Source of the DNA: an uncultured cyanobacterium
Lineage (GTDB): Bacteria; Cyanobacteriota; Cyanobacteriia; CAKZMO01
Assembly: GCA_963719515.1 (NCBI GenBank)
Contig: CAVRCJ010000013.1
Coordinates: 1 to 64,000, forward strand
DNA length: 64,000 nucleotides
Direction: 5' to 3'
Positions 32,287 through 41,693 of this stretch are shown one piece after another. The translations under genes and the position numbers were made by a program. The first letter of the stretch is position 1; each line of letters opens with the position of its first letter. The notes under the pieces were generated by a model. That model ran no database searches and was not told the DNA's origin. It was given only the letters and a program-made list of their open reading frames with translations.

Positions 32287-33107
32287 CTAAAATCGGAAGA
32301 CAGTTCTCAAATTCACGCCAAAAATCGTACTGTTATCGCTATCGTGCTCTGGATCAAGAATCACCAGCAGCCCAGGAATAAGCTGGATATTGTCGCCAAT
32401 GCGATAGCGATAGAAACTCTCCAAGTGCCAAGAGGCATCGGCATCTTCCGGACCGCTGTCATTAATTTAAGCAGATCTCTACCGATAAAACTGGTATCAA
32501 AATTGAGGCGGACCCGGTAGTTGAAGGTAACGTTTTCATCTAGATCCTCGCCGCTGTCGCCCGCTCGCTCAGTGCCAAAGAGGCTATTGCCAGAGAGCGA
32601 AACGGTTCCCCGTAGCCGGGTCGTGGTGGAGAATTGGTTGGCCTCTAGCTCAGCAGCCTGCGCTTCTAGCGCATTTGTTTCTGCTCTCAGCGCAACTAGC
32701 TCGGCGGCAAACTCTTCCTGCAGTCGCTGCAAAATAGTGATGTCTTCCCTAGAAAGGGCCTGAGAGAGGCGATCGCTCACCTGCTGCAAGCAGGCGTTGA
32801 GTCCAGCGGCGAATTCGTAGCGACTTATAGCAGCATTCCCCCGAAAGCTGCCGTCTGGGTAGCCCGTGATGCAGCCGTAGCGCTCAGCCAGGGACTGTAG
32901 CGCTGCATAGGCCCAATCTGTGGGCCGCACGTCCGAGAGCTGCGAAACGGAGCTGGCTGGCTCTTGGGCATTCTCGAGAATTTGTAAGATCACGCCATCC
33001 GCTGCAGCGGATGGGCTTGGAAGGCAAGCTAGTAGAGCTAGTGCCCCTCCGCTTTTGGTAAGAAGCTTGATGAAGAGGCGGATGCAGCTAGTGTGAGTCG
33101 CGGCCAT
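32287..33107 (-). pseudogene. SLH-domain outer-membrane porin (cyanobacterial OprB-type) with a large internal deletion
   Basis: SLH DVRPTDWAY..YGCITGYPDG, QFSTTT, RVRLNFDTSF, then joined out of frame near 32465 to the porin C-terminus WHLESFYRYRIGDNIQLIPG..LRTVFRF*. Confidence 0.88.
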
Positions 33108-33122
33108 AAGTCGTTGGAGCAG

Positions 33123-33514
33123 GTGACATCCTCCCGACGCTGACAGCAAGCTGTACAGCGCGGGCTTCCTCAGTGACTCCCAGCTATTGCCGAGACATAT
33201 CCTGAGATAGGTTTATACTCCGCCTGATGCCCCACGGCAGAGTTTTGAATTTTCATCTCCGCGAGGGAGGATACGCACTATGTGTCGCAGATACATTTGC
33301 AAACTGAGGAACGGGTGACTTGCAGCTTTCGCCTACGGGCCCGTCACACTCTTTGCGGGGTGTATCACCTTGCTATCTCTATCATACCAACTGCTAGCCT
33401 CAGCGCTGAGCGCACTATCCGCTGTGCATCATTTTGCGGGCGCACTTCGGCTAGCGCGACTCTCATCCCGACGCTCACCCTGACGGGTAGAGCGCGGGGC
33501 TTCTCGTCTAGTCG
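33123..33514 (-). mobile_element. Non-autonomous 392-bp IS605 derivative (left end plus right end/omegaRNA, no tnpB)
   Basis: 33123-33210 resembles the right end at 59892-59975, and 33456-33519 resembles the left end at 61316-61379. Ends in TCAC and follows TTTAG. Confidence 0.88.
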
Positions 33515-33542
33515 CTAAATCGTTCATATGAATGCGCTCCAA

Positions 33543-33584
33543 ATATTAGTCGTAGATTAAAATCCTGTCAAAAGACAGGCTGTC
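33543..33584 (-). promoter_or_regulatory. Sigma70-type promoter with an upstream palindrome, originally of the porin gene
   Basis: TTGACA (33571-33566), 17 bp, TAATAT (33548-33543). GACAGGCTGTC dyad at 33574-33584. Confidence 0.62.
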
Positions 33585-33677
33585 AAACCCAGCCAATGGG
33601 CTCGATATTGCCGCAGGACCATCTATTGCCGCAGGACTATCTAAGGGCCTAGAGCGCATCTTGGAGACATTAAGACA

Positions 33678-34856
33678 TCACTCCGCTGCCTCGGATGGAT
33701 CGCTAAAGGCAGGGTTTTGGACAAACGTTTCGTCTGTGAGACTGTGTAGAAACGCCAGCACATCTGCCCGTTCCGCGTCCGTTAGCTTAAAGCCCACTAC
33801 AAAGATGCTCTTCAGAGGACTCTCGCTGCCCACGCCAGCATATTCACCCTCAGAGATGGTGCGGCCCGCAGCAGCGTAGTGATCGAGGGCCTCTTCCAGC
33901 GTGGCGACGCTGCCATCGTGCATGTACGGAGCCGTGAGGGCAATGTTGCGTAACGTGGGTGCCTTAAAGTGACCCATGTCCTCCGGGTGCTGGGTAATCT
34001 CCTGGACGCCAGTATTGTTGGGTGGGTAGGCGCCGCTGCCGTCGATGTTGTAGAGGCCGGTGTTGTGGAAGGCGATCTCTTGGAACGCTAGCCGCTCATG
34101 GACCGTCGAATCGGAAAAGTTGAACCCGCTGTGGCAGTGGAAGCACTCTAGCCGCTCGCTGTTGAACAGCGCCTCGCCTCGCTTAGCTGAAGCCGAGATA
34201 GCGTTGGGGTCACGGCCATAACGATAGCGATCGTAGGGCGAACTGGCCGAGATCAGCGTGCGCTCAAAGCTGGCGATCGCCTGGGTCAAGTTTCGAATAC
34301 TGATTTGGTCCGCTGCCGGGTCCTCTGCAAACGCTGCGGCAAATTGCTCTGCGTAGCGCGGGTCCTCTCCCAGCATTGTCAGAATGTCCTGCTCACGCCC
34401 CACCATGCCCATTTCCGTTGGGTGCTCTCCAAAAATAGGCACCAGCATCTGAGATTCTAGGTCTCGCATCAGCGGATTGGCCCAGGTAAGCACCGAGCTG
34501 TAGGCCACGTTGGTCAGGCTCATAGCGTTGCGGGGATGGTGCTCCTCGGTTGCACCCACGCTGACTCGCTTACCGTCGGTAAATGCCAGGGACTGCAGGT
34601 GGCAGGTAGCGCAGGAAAACTCGCCAGTAGAAGAGAGCTGCGGCTCATAGAACAAGCACCGCCCCAGCTCTACCTTTGCCGCTGACATAGGATTATCTTC
34701 AGGGACAACCGGCTTAGGTAGCCAATCCGGAATATCCCAAGAGTAATCGGTTACTGAGAGCGCTGGCGGCTCGGCAGCCACGACATTGCTCAGCATGACT
34801 GCCAGCCCAAAAGTCAGCAGCCCAGTTACGAGGTAAGATAGCCCGCGTTTCAGCAC
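33678..34856 (-). CDS. MbnH-family di-heme enzyme (bCcP/MauG superfamily)
   Basis: CATCH and CFHCH heme motifs, LTWANP, FKAPTLRN, PYMHDG, DHY. 3 bp from the MbnP-like partner. Confidence 0.9.
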   Translation of the reverse strand: MLKRGLSYLVTGLLTFGLAVMLSNVVAAEPPALSVTDYSWDIPDWLPKPVVPEDNPMSAAKVELGRCLFYEPQLSSTGEFSCATCHLQSLAFTDGKRVSVGATEEHHPRNAMSLTNVAYSSVLTWANPLMRDLESQMLVPIFGEHPTEMGMVGREQDILTMLGEDPRYAEQFAAAFAEDPAADQISIRNLTQAIASFERTLISASSPYDRYRYGRDPNAISASAKRGEALFNSERLECFHCHSGFNFSDSTVHERLAFQEIAFHNTGLYNIDGSGAYPPNNTGVQEITQHPEDMGHFKAPTLRNIALTAPYMHDGSVATLEEALDHYAAAGRTISEGEYAGVGSESPLKSIFVVGFKLTDAERADVLAFLHSLTDETFVQNPAFSDPSEAAE

Positions 34857-34859
34857 AGC

Positions 34860-35840
34860 TTACTCCATGCGAAAGAACGTTTGACCAGAGGACGGTCTCT
34901 CGGCGTGAGAGAGCCCAAAGTTGTTGAGAATTCCCCTACAATCGGCATCTTCTGGGGAAGACATGCAGCCTAGGGGGGTATCGGCTTCATTCTGGGTCAA
35001 ATCATTTTCTGAGACCAAGGCCTCCACATCAGCCACAATGACGTTTTGGCTGGGGTCAAACCCGGTGAACATGAACCGCGAGCGGTTGGGCTGGTTGCAC
35101 AGCGTCGGTTGAAGGCTGTCGCCTTCGATCTGGCAGCCGGTACTGCCCAGGTGGATGAGAAAGCCCTGCGCCATAGTGTGGCCTTGTCCACCAGCATGAT
35201 GACCGTCGCCGTGGGTGCCATGTTCCTGACCGTGCCCCGCCGCAATTTCTGTGGAGGATAGGCTGCGCACCTGCGGCCCTACCGAAGTCGGCAAGCTAGT
35301 GCTCATCACTTCGTTCTCTAAGTCGATGCGGACAAACTTATAGCCCCCCGCCCAGTTCCACCACATGGAGGACACATTGAGGGGCGAAGGCGCGAGGGTC
35401 ATATCGTCGTGGTTGAGGCTGAAGGGGACGCCCAAGGTGAATGTGACGCCAGTGTAATTACCGGGCGGGACCGTACCGACCACTGCGGTGCGGGTTTCTG
35501 GGGTGCCGTTGCTGCAGTCGCCGGTTTGGTCTTCAAAATCTAGCAGGGCGACGGATTCATGCTGCCAGACGCCGTCTTGCTCCAGCATCACGGGAACAAC
35601 GCTGCCACTTTCGTCAATCAGCGCCACGTCCGAGATATAGAAACGGAAGTCGGTGGGGGTAACGGTGGCGCTGCTGGTTCCCAGCCCAGAGTAGCTAGAG
35701 CCGCAGGTGAACATTTCATCGCCTACCATTCCCTGAAACTGAATCGTGACGGGTTCATTCGCCTGAGCGGCCTGGCCGGCAACTAAGGGGGCGATCGCCC
35801 CAAGCAGCACAAGTCGAGCAGCCTGAATTAGCTTTGACAT
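34860..35840 (-). CDS. MbnP-family copper-binding protein ('metallo-mystery pair' four-Cys protein)
   Basis: Signal peptide, DFRFYIS, LLDFE, LGVPF..NH, MWWNWAGGYKF (WxW), IHLGSTGC, GCMS, His-rich insert. Confidence 0.88.
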   Translation of the reverse strand: MSKLIQAARLVLLGAIAPLVAGQAAQANEPVTIQFQGMVGDEMFTCGSSYSGLGTSSATVTPTDFRFYISDVALIDESGSVVPVMLEQDGVWQHESVALLDFEDQTGDCSNGTPETRTAVVGTVPPGNYTGVTFTLGVPFSLNHDDMTLAPSPLNVSSMWWNWAGGYKFVRIDLENEVMSTSLPTSVGPQVRSLSSTEIAAGHGQEHGTHGDGHHAGGQGHTMAQGFLIHLGSTGCQIEGDSLQPTLCNQPNRSRFMFTGFDPSQNVIVADVEALVSENDLTQNEADTPLGCMSSPEDADCRGILNNFGLSHAERPSSGQTFFRME

Positions 35841-36204
35841 AAGGACTTAAGAGTTAGCTTGTAGGGACAGGGAATCGGAACCGCGCTGGTCGACGACTTC
35901 CCTTGGCGGACATAATCCGAAGCTGGGCTAGGAAGCCATGGCGATGACGAACCGCAAAAGCAGGGTTTTTCCAATACTCTCCTGTAAGTGGAGAGTGCAA
36001 ACCTTCCTGCTAGGGTAGAGTATTCTTCCTGATTATGACAAGCCTTGTTGAGGGATCGCGGTTTGCAGGGCACCTCGTAGAGGTAGCGCCCGACGGCCCC
36101 TCAAAAAATGTCGCTATTCTAACGATGGTTCTGCCCGAAGCGTTTTCTGCCTATTTACGGATTGTATCGGTGCCGGAGCTTCTCTGGAAATAGAAATTAT
36201 TTAA

Positions 36205-37602
36205 CTGGTAGACGGGAAGTCCCGCGCTGTATGCGCAGCATCAGCGTCGGGATGAAAGGCGCGTGAGCCGTAGGCGAATAATTAAGGAGCGGCGCACTAC
36301 TCCTTAACAAGGCTATAATCGAAGTGTGTTGACCTTGAACTACTCCTACAGAATTTATCCGTCTGTTGAGCAGGAAGCCCGTATGGTCTGTTGGCTTGAG
36401 ACCTGTCGCGGCGTCTATAACTATGCGTTGCGCGAACGCAAGGACTGGGTAAAGTCGAGAAGCTGCGTAGCTAATGCCTGCTCGCTTCAGTCGGAGTACA
36501 TCATTGCGGCGGACGCGCCATATCCTGACTATTACAAACAGCAAAATGCGCTGACTGCGGCTAAGAAGATATTTCCTCACCTGAAGGACGTGCAGTCTCA
36601 GGTGCTTCAAGAGCCTATTCGCAGGGTAGAGGCAGCATTTGCTGCGAGGAAGGAGAGAGGTCACGGTTTTCCCCGCTTCAAGAAGTTTGGGCAGTACCGC
36701 TCGTTCCTCTTTCCGCAGTTCAAGGAAAACCCGGTGACGGGTAGCCAAATCAAGTTGCCTAAGCTGGGCACGATGCGCATCGTTCTGCACCGACCTATCC
36801 CTGATGGATTCAAAGTAAAGACGGTGCGCATAATCAAAAAGCATTCAGGGTGGTACGCTACCGCGAGTATTCAAGCTGATGTCAATGTTCCTGATGCCAT
36901 CCCTGCTGGGGACAGCATTGGTATTGATGTCGGGCTTGAGTATTTCCTGTCCACTTCCAACGGTTTGCAGGTAGAGCGCCCGCGCTTTTTCGGTAAGCTG
37001 CACCGCAAGCTTAAATTGCTGCAACGCAGGCTGAAGAATAAGCAGCGGGGCTCGAATAACCGCGCCAAGCTGATTGGAAGAATTGGACGGGTACATGAGC
37101 AGATAGCAGCTTGCCGCCTTGACTGGCAATTCAAGCTGGCCCACAAGCTGTGTGACCAAGCCCAGATCATCTTCGTAGAAGACCTTGACCTTCGCATCAT
37201 GGCGAAAGGGATGCTGGGTAAACACACTCTTGATGCTGGCTTGGGGCAGTTCATAAACCAGGTCTTGCCGTGGGTGTGCTTCAAGCGCGGCGTCTATTAC
37301 GGCAAGGTTGACGCTTATGGTACTTCTCAGGAGTGCCCTGACTGCGGCGCTGTGGTCAAAAAATCGTTGGGCGATCGCGTTCATCGGTGTCATGAGTGTG
37401 GGTCGCTCAAGCCGAGAGATATTGCCGCTGCTCAAGTCATCAACGCCCGTGGAATTTCGGGTACTCAAATTGCCTGTGGAGTCGAGGTAGCGGGGATGTG
37501 GGAAGCCATATCTAGCCAACTGGCTGCGAAGCAGGAAGCTCATCGGGTGACCGATGAAGCCCGCGCTCTATCGCATCAGCGATGAGCGTCGGGAGTATTC
37601 AC
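36205..37602 (+). mobile_element. IS200/IS605 tnpB-only element inserted after TTAA in the last sense codon of TMEM14
   Basis: Left hairpin cccgcgct..agcgtcggga. Right end GAAG-cccgcgct..agcgtcggg-agtat-TCAC. The empty site reconstructs GCC CAT TAA. Confidence 0.88.
36326..37585 (+). CDS. tnpB: RNA-guided endonuclease TnpB
   Basis: YSYRIYP, GIDVG / VEDL / PRDIAAA, Zn finger CPDC..CHEC. Confidence 0.95.
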   Translation: MLTLNYSYRIYPSVEQEARMVCWLETCRGVYNYALRERKDWVKSRSCVANACSLQSEYIIAADAPYPDYYKQQNALTAAKKIFPHLKDVQSQVLQEPIRRVEAAFAARKERGHGFPRFKKFGQYRSFLFPQFKENPVTGSQIKLPKLGTMRIVLHRPIPDGFKVKTVRIIKKHSGWYATASIQADVNVPDAIPAGDSIGIDVGLEYFLSTSNGLQVERPRFFGKLHRKLKLLQRRLKNKQRGSNNRAKLIGRIGRVHEQIAACRLDWQFKLAHKLCDQAQIIFVEDLDLRIMAKGMLGKHTLDAGLGQFINQVLPWVCFKRGVYYGKVDAYGTSQECPDCGAVVKKSLGDRVHRCHECGSLKPRDIAAAQVINARGISGTQIACGVEVAGMWEAISSQLAAKQEAHRVTDEARALSHQR

Positions 37603-37904
37603 TGGGCCGTCATTAAGACTAGCGCTAGGACGCCTGCCGCTAGCATCAAGCCGGCGGGCATAAGCTTACGTGTTTTTGCGAGGCGCACCGCAAAGACAAC
37701 AATTAGCACGGCGGTGACAATTGCCGCTAAGATCTGTCCCCAAAGTACGCCGCTCAGCTCAAGAATACCCCCCAGGATCAGCAGCGCGCCGCTGCCCACG
37801 CCCGCTATCAGCGATGGACGACTTCCCGCCTCTTTGTACCCCATGACACCCCCAACAATTGAGAGTATGCCGTAGGCGATCGCCGCCCAGATTCCAATCA
37901 TCAT
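37599..37904 (-). CDS. TMEM14 family small membrane protein
   Basis: GGVMGYKEAGSRPSLIAG, TRKLMPAGL. The stop codon lies inside the IS right end. Confidence 0.9.
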   Translation of the reverse strand: MMIGIWAAIAYGILSIVGGVMGYKEAGSRPSLIAGVGSGALLILGGILELSGVLWGQILAAIVTAVLIVVFAVRLAKTRKLMPAGLMLAAGVLALVLMTAQ

Positions 37905-38098
37905 CGTATGACCTCTAGGTTGTGCTGGCTGCTCTTAACGCTAGCGGACTTCGAGGATGGCGTCTAGCCCCTAGGACCAGTGTCCGGTGGCTTGCGGCCG
38001 TAGCCTATACCCGTGCCCCGCCTGTGCAACAAACCATCTCGGAGCCCAATTCTCCGCTACGATGAAGAACGGTCCCTTCACGCCGCTTCCAACCTGCC

Positions 38099-39418
38099 AT
38101 GTCTGCCCGCCCGTCGCTCGATGCCACCACCCTCGTTCAGCGGGCCACCATGCTGCTGCTTTACGCCCCCGTCCTAGAGACTCCCGTTGGGGAGGCCTGG
38201 GGGCACCTGCTTCACCAGCTCTCCTGCCGCGTCCCCAAACTCGAACTGCTGCAGGGCTACAGCCGCTGCTTCACCGCGATCGCCAGCTCTGGCCACGGCT
38301 GGCGCACCTACCTGCTCACCCAAATCCTCTACGCCGATAACCCCTTCACCCGAGCCGCTCAGATCCAATCGGTACCTCAGGGACTGCAGGCAGCAGCGGC
38401 CCACGACTTGGCAATTCTGCAGCAGCTTTATGACGTAGGCGATCGCCTCACGCAGCGGGTGCAGGCGACAACAGACACGACCTTAATCCCGCTGAGCGCT
38501 CTAGAAGATGACTGGGTACCGAATTTTCCTATCGCTGTGCGCCTCCAAGAGACTGCAGACCAGCCTCACCACTGGCCGAAGCTAATCTCTGATCTAACTG
38601 AGCACCACCACCAGCACGGCGTCGGCCAATTTGCCCGCTACCGTGCCTTCCGCTGGGGGCAAGGGCAGCTCCAAGGCATTGCTACCCCCGACCCCATTAC
38701 CCTAGATGACCTAGCGAGCTACGATCACCCGCGCCAGCAGCTGCTGCGCAACACTGAGGCGCTGCTGGCGGGCTACCCAGCGCTCAACGTGCTGCTGTAC
38801 GGCAGCCGCGGCTCTGGAAAGTCTTCTCTCGTGAAGGCGCTTCTGACTGAGTATGGCGATCGCGGTCTGCGGCTCATTGAGGTGCCCAAAGGCGAGCTGA
38901 GCCACCTGCCAAATATTGTGGAGCAGCTGCGACTGCGGCCCCAAAAGTTCATTTTGTTTGTGGATGACCTGTCGTTTGAGGAAGACGACGACGCTTTCAA
39001 AGCCTTGAAAGTGGTGCTAGAGGGCAGCATCACCGCCCGCCCTAAAAACGTTGTGGTCTACGCCACCTCCAATCGCCGCCACCTGATTCGCGAATTTCAC
39101 GACGATCGCCCCCGCCCCCGCGACGCCGAGGAGATTCACCAGTGGGACACGGTGCAGGAGAAGCTGTCCTTCAGCGATCGCTTTGGCCTCACCCTCACCT
39201 TCGAGCCGGCAGACCAAGCCACCTATTTAGGCATTGTGCGTCACCTAGCGCAGCAGGCTGAACTCAAGATTGCGCCTGCAGCGCTGGAGCGCCAAGCCCT
39301 ACGCTGGGCCACTCGCCACAACGGGCGCTCGGGCCGCAGCGCCCGCCAGTTCATCGATGCCCTGCTCGCAGCTCACCAGCTGCAGGGTGGTGGTGAGGTT
39401 ATTCCCGAACTTCTATAG
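38099..39418 (+). CDS. DUF815 family AAA+ ATPase
   Basis: GSRGSGKSS, FVDDLSF, YATSNRRH, EKLSFSDRFG, RSGRSARQF. Confidence 0.9.
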   Translation: MSARPSLDATTLVQRATMLLLYAPVLETPVGEAWGHLLHQLSCRVPKLELLQGYSRCFTAIASSGHGWRTYLLTQILYADNPFTRAAQIQSVPQGLQAAAAHDLAILQQLYDVGDRLTQRVQATTDTTLIPLSALEDDWVPNFPIAVRLQETADQPHHWPKLISDLTEHHHQHGVGQFARYRAFRWGQGQLQGIATPDPITLDDLASYDHPRQQLLRNTEALLAGYPALNVLLYGSRGSGKSSLVKALLTEYGDRGLRLIEVPKGELSHLPNIVEQLRLRPQKFILFVDDLSFEEDDDAFKALKVVLEGSITARPKNVVVYATSNRRHLIREFHDDRPRPRDAEEIHQWDTVQEKLSFSDRFGLTLTFEPADQATYLGIVRHLAQQAELKIAPAALERQALRWATRHNGRSGRSARQFIDALLAAHQLQGGGEVIPELL

Positions 39419-39597
39419 AGCGTTCTTGGGCATGCCGTCGACCTATTGATGCAATACGGTTAAAATTCTCCACAATTCCGACCAAGTTACCGGGAGATGA
39501 TCTAGTCTGATATAAATACAATCTCTCATTCCTGCCGCTAATCTCGCTTCGTGCGGGCGGCGCGACCACCCTAAAATCTATCTACCAACTCTAATCC

Positions 39598-41520
39598 ATG
39601 GTTACGACGCCAACTTCCGAAACAAAGCGCACTTCCCGTGTCGAAGGCATCAAAGAGCGCAGCAACGGTCTGCGTGAGCCCGTAGCCACGGAGCTTTTGC
39701 AAGACACGACTCACTTTACCGAGGATGCCATCCAGATCCTCAAGTTTCACGGCTCCTACCAGCAGGACAACCGCGACAACCGGGTCAAAGGCCAGGAAAA
39801 GGACTACCAGTTCATGCTGCGGACCCGCAACCCCGGCGGCTACCTGCCGGCGGCGCTGTACCTTGCCATTGATAAGCTTTCAGACGAGCTGGGCAACGGC
39901 ACCCTGCGGGTCACCACTCGTCAGGGTATCCAGATCCACGGCATTCTAAAGAAAGACCTGAAGGCGGCGATCGCCACCATCGTCACCAACATGGGATCGA
40001 CGCTCGGAGCCTGCGGCGATCTCAACCGCAACGTCATGTCTCCGCCGGTCCCCTTCACCGACAAGCCGGAATACGTCTACGCCCGCGAGTACGCCGACCG
40101 CGTCGCTGACCTACTGACGCCCCAGAGCGGTGCGTACTACGACGTGTGGCTGGACGGCGAGAAGGCAATCACCTCGGAGGAGCACCCCGACGTGGTGGCA
40201 GCGCGGATGCGCAACATCAACGGCAGCATTTTTGAGGGCCACGTAGAGCCGATCTACGGCACTCAGTACATGCCCCGCAAGTTCAAATGCAGCGTTACGG
40301 TGCCGGGAGATAACTCTATCGACCTGTACTCCCAGGATGTGTCCCTGGTGGTGATCACCAATGATAAGGGCGAGCTAGAGGGCTTCAACGTGCTGGCGGG
40401 CGGTGGCCTGGGCCGCACCCACAACAAAGAAGAGACCTTCGCCCGGCTAGCGGACCCCATTGGCTACGTCGATAAGGCCGACGTCTACGACCTGCTCAAG
40501 GCCATCGTCGCCACCCAGCGGGACTACGGCGATCGCTACAATCGCCGACTTTCCCGCATGAAGTACCTGATCAACGATTGGGGCGTGGAGCGTTTCGTTG
40601 AGCAGCTGAAGACCTACTTCGAGGGCGAGCTGCATCCCTTCAAGCCGCTGCCTGCCTTTGAATACCGGGACTACCTGGGCTGGGGTGAGCAGGGAGACGG
40701 CAAGCTGTATCTGGGGCTATCCATTGAAAATGGCCGCATCCAGGACACCGACACTCTGCAGCTAAAGACTGCCCTGCGGGAGGTGGCCCGGCAGTACGAA
40801 ATTCCCATGCGGCTGACGGCGAACCATAATATCGTCCTCTACGACATCAACCCCGAGTGGAAAAGCGACATTGATGCCCTAGTCAAAAACCACGGCATCA
40901 AGCGAGAGACGGAGATTGACCCGCTGGTGCGCTACTCCATGGCCTGCCCCGCCTTGCCCACCTGCGGCTTAGCGGTCACCGAGTCAGAGCGCATTCTGCC
41001 CACGATGCTGGGCCGTATGCGGAGTCTGCTCAACAGCCTTGGTCTGGAGGATCAGCATTTGGTGATTCGGATGACAGGCTGCCCCAACGGCTGCGCCCGC
41101 CCCTACCTAGGGGAGATTGGCTTTGTGGGCCAAGCGCCGGGGTCTTATCAGCTGTGGCTGGGGGCCGACGCTAACCAGAACCGGCTATCGGCACCGTTCA
41201 TGAACCGCATGCACGAGTCTGACCTGGAGAAGACTTTCGAGCCGCTGTTTGTGCTCTTCAAGCGCAAGCGCAACGAGGGGGAAGGCTTCGGTGACTTTTG
41301 CAATCGAATCGGCTTTGACGCGCTGCATGAGTTCACGGCTATCTACAAGATAGGCTCAAGCGTGACGGCTCCTAGCTCTAGAGCTAGCCGCACCAAGCAC
41401 CGCATTGGCGTTTCTGATGACCTGTATGAGCAGCTCAAAGTAATCTCTATAGAGCAGGGAAAGCCAATGACGGAGCTGGCCTCGGAGGCGATCGCGGCCT
41501 ATCTAAGCAGCCAGTCGTGA
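39598..41520 (+). CDS. sir: Ferredoxin-dependent sulfite reductase with a C-terminal RHH-like extension
   Basis: [22 protein letters not shown] and GCPNGC siroheme/4Fe-4S cysteines. Confidence 0.96.
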   Translation: MVTTPTSETKRTSRVEGIKERSNGLREPVATELLQDTTHFTEDAIQILKFHGSYQQDNRDNRVKGQEKDYQFMLRTRNPGGYLPAALYLAIDKLSDELGNGTLRVTTRQGIQIHGILKKDLKAAIATIVTNMGSTLGACGDLNRNVMSPPVPFTDKPEYVYAREYADRVADLLTPQSGAYYDVWLDGEKAITSEEHPDVVAARMRNINGSIFEGHVEPIYGTQYMPRKFKCSVTVPGDNSIDLYSQDVSLVVITNDKGELEGFNVLAGGGLGRTHNKEETFARLADPIGYVDKADVYDLLKAIVATQRDYGDRYNRRLSRMKYLINDWGVERFVEQLKTYFEGELHPFKPLPAFEYRDYLGWGEQGDGKLYLGLSIENGRIQDTDTLQLKTALREVARQYEIPMRLTANHNIVLYDINPEWKSDIDALVKNHGIKRETEIDPLVRYSMACPALPTCGLAVTESERILPTMLGRMRSLLNSLGLEDQHLVIRMTGCPNGCARPYLGEIGFVGQAPGSYQLWLGADANQNRLSAPFMNRMHESDLEKTFEPLFVLFKRKRNEGEGFGDFCNRIGFDALHEFTAIYKIGSSVTAPSSRASRTKHRIGVSDDLYEQLKVISIEQGKPMTELASEAIAAYLSSQS

Positions 41521-41526
41521 CCTCGT

Positions 41527-41560
41527 CGCGGTGCGTTATCTGACGCACCGCGCGTTTCAT
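41527..41560 (+). terminator. Stem-loop downstream of sir
   Basis: cgcggtgcgt-tatctg-acgcaccgcg, a 10-bp perfect stem with a weak U tail. Confidence 0.5.
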
Positions 41561-41693
41561 TCACGTGATGCGATCGCTTGTGTATTGATTGTGCGTCCTC
41601 TGGATAATACTTTTGCACTGCGCGATCGCTAGAATGTGTCGCATCGCTAGCGGTTGACCTAAGAGACCAAGCTTATCCAAGAAGCATGGATGG

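Noticed and set aside
33606..33641. Two-copy 18-nt tandem repeat tattgccgcaggacYatc
   Set aside because: Only two adjacent units and no spacers. Simple slippage, not CRISPR.
35841..36160. Cobalamin riboswitch or Zur/Fur box upstream of mbnP
   Set aside because: No B12-box elements recognised. The AT-rich aaataRaaatYatt motif is explained as part of the duplicated TMEM14 3' flank.
36197..37543. Long minus-strand ORFs (215 and 232 aa) as possible tnpA
   Set aside because: They are antisense shadows of tnpB and have no HUH/Y1 motifs.
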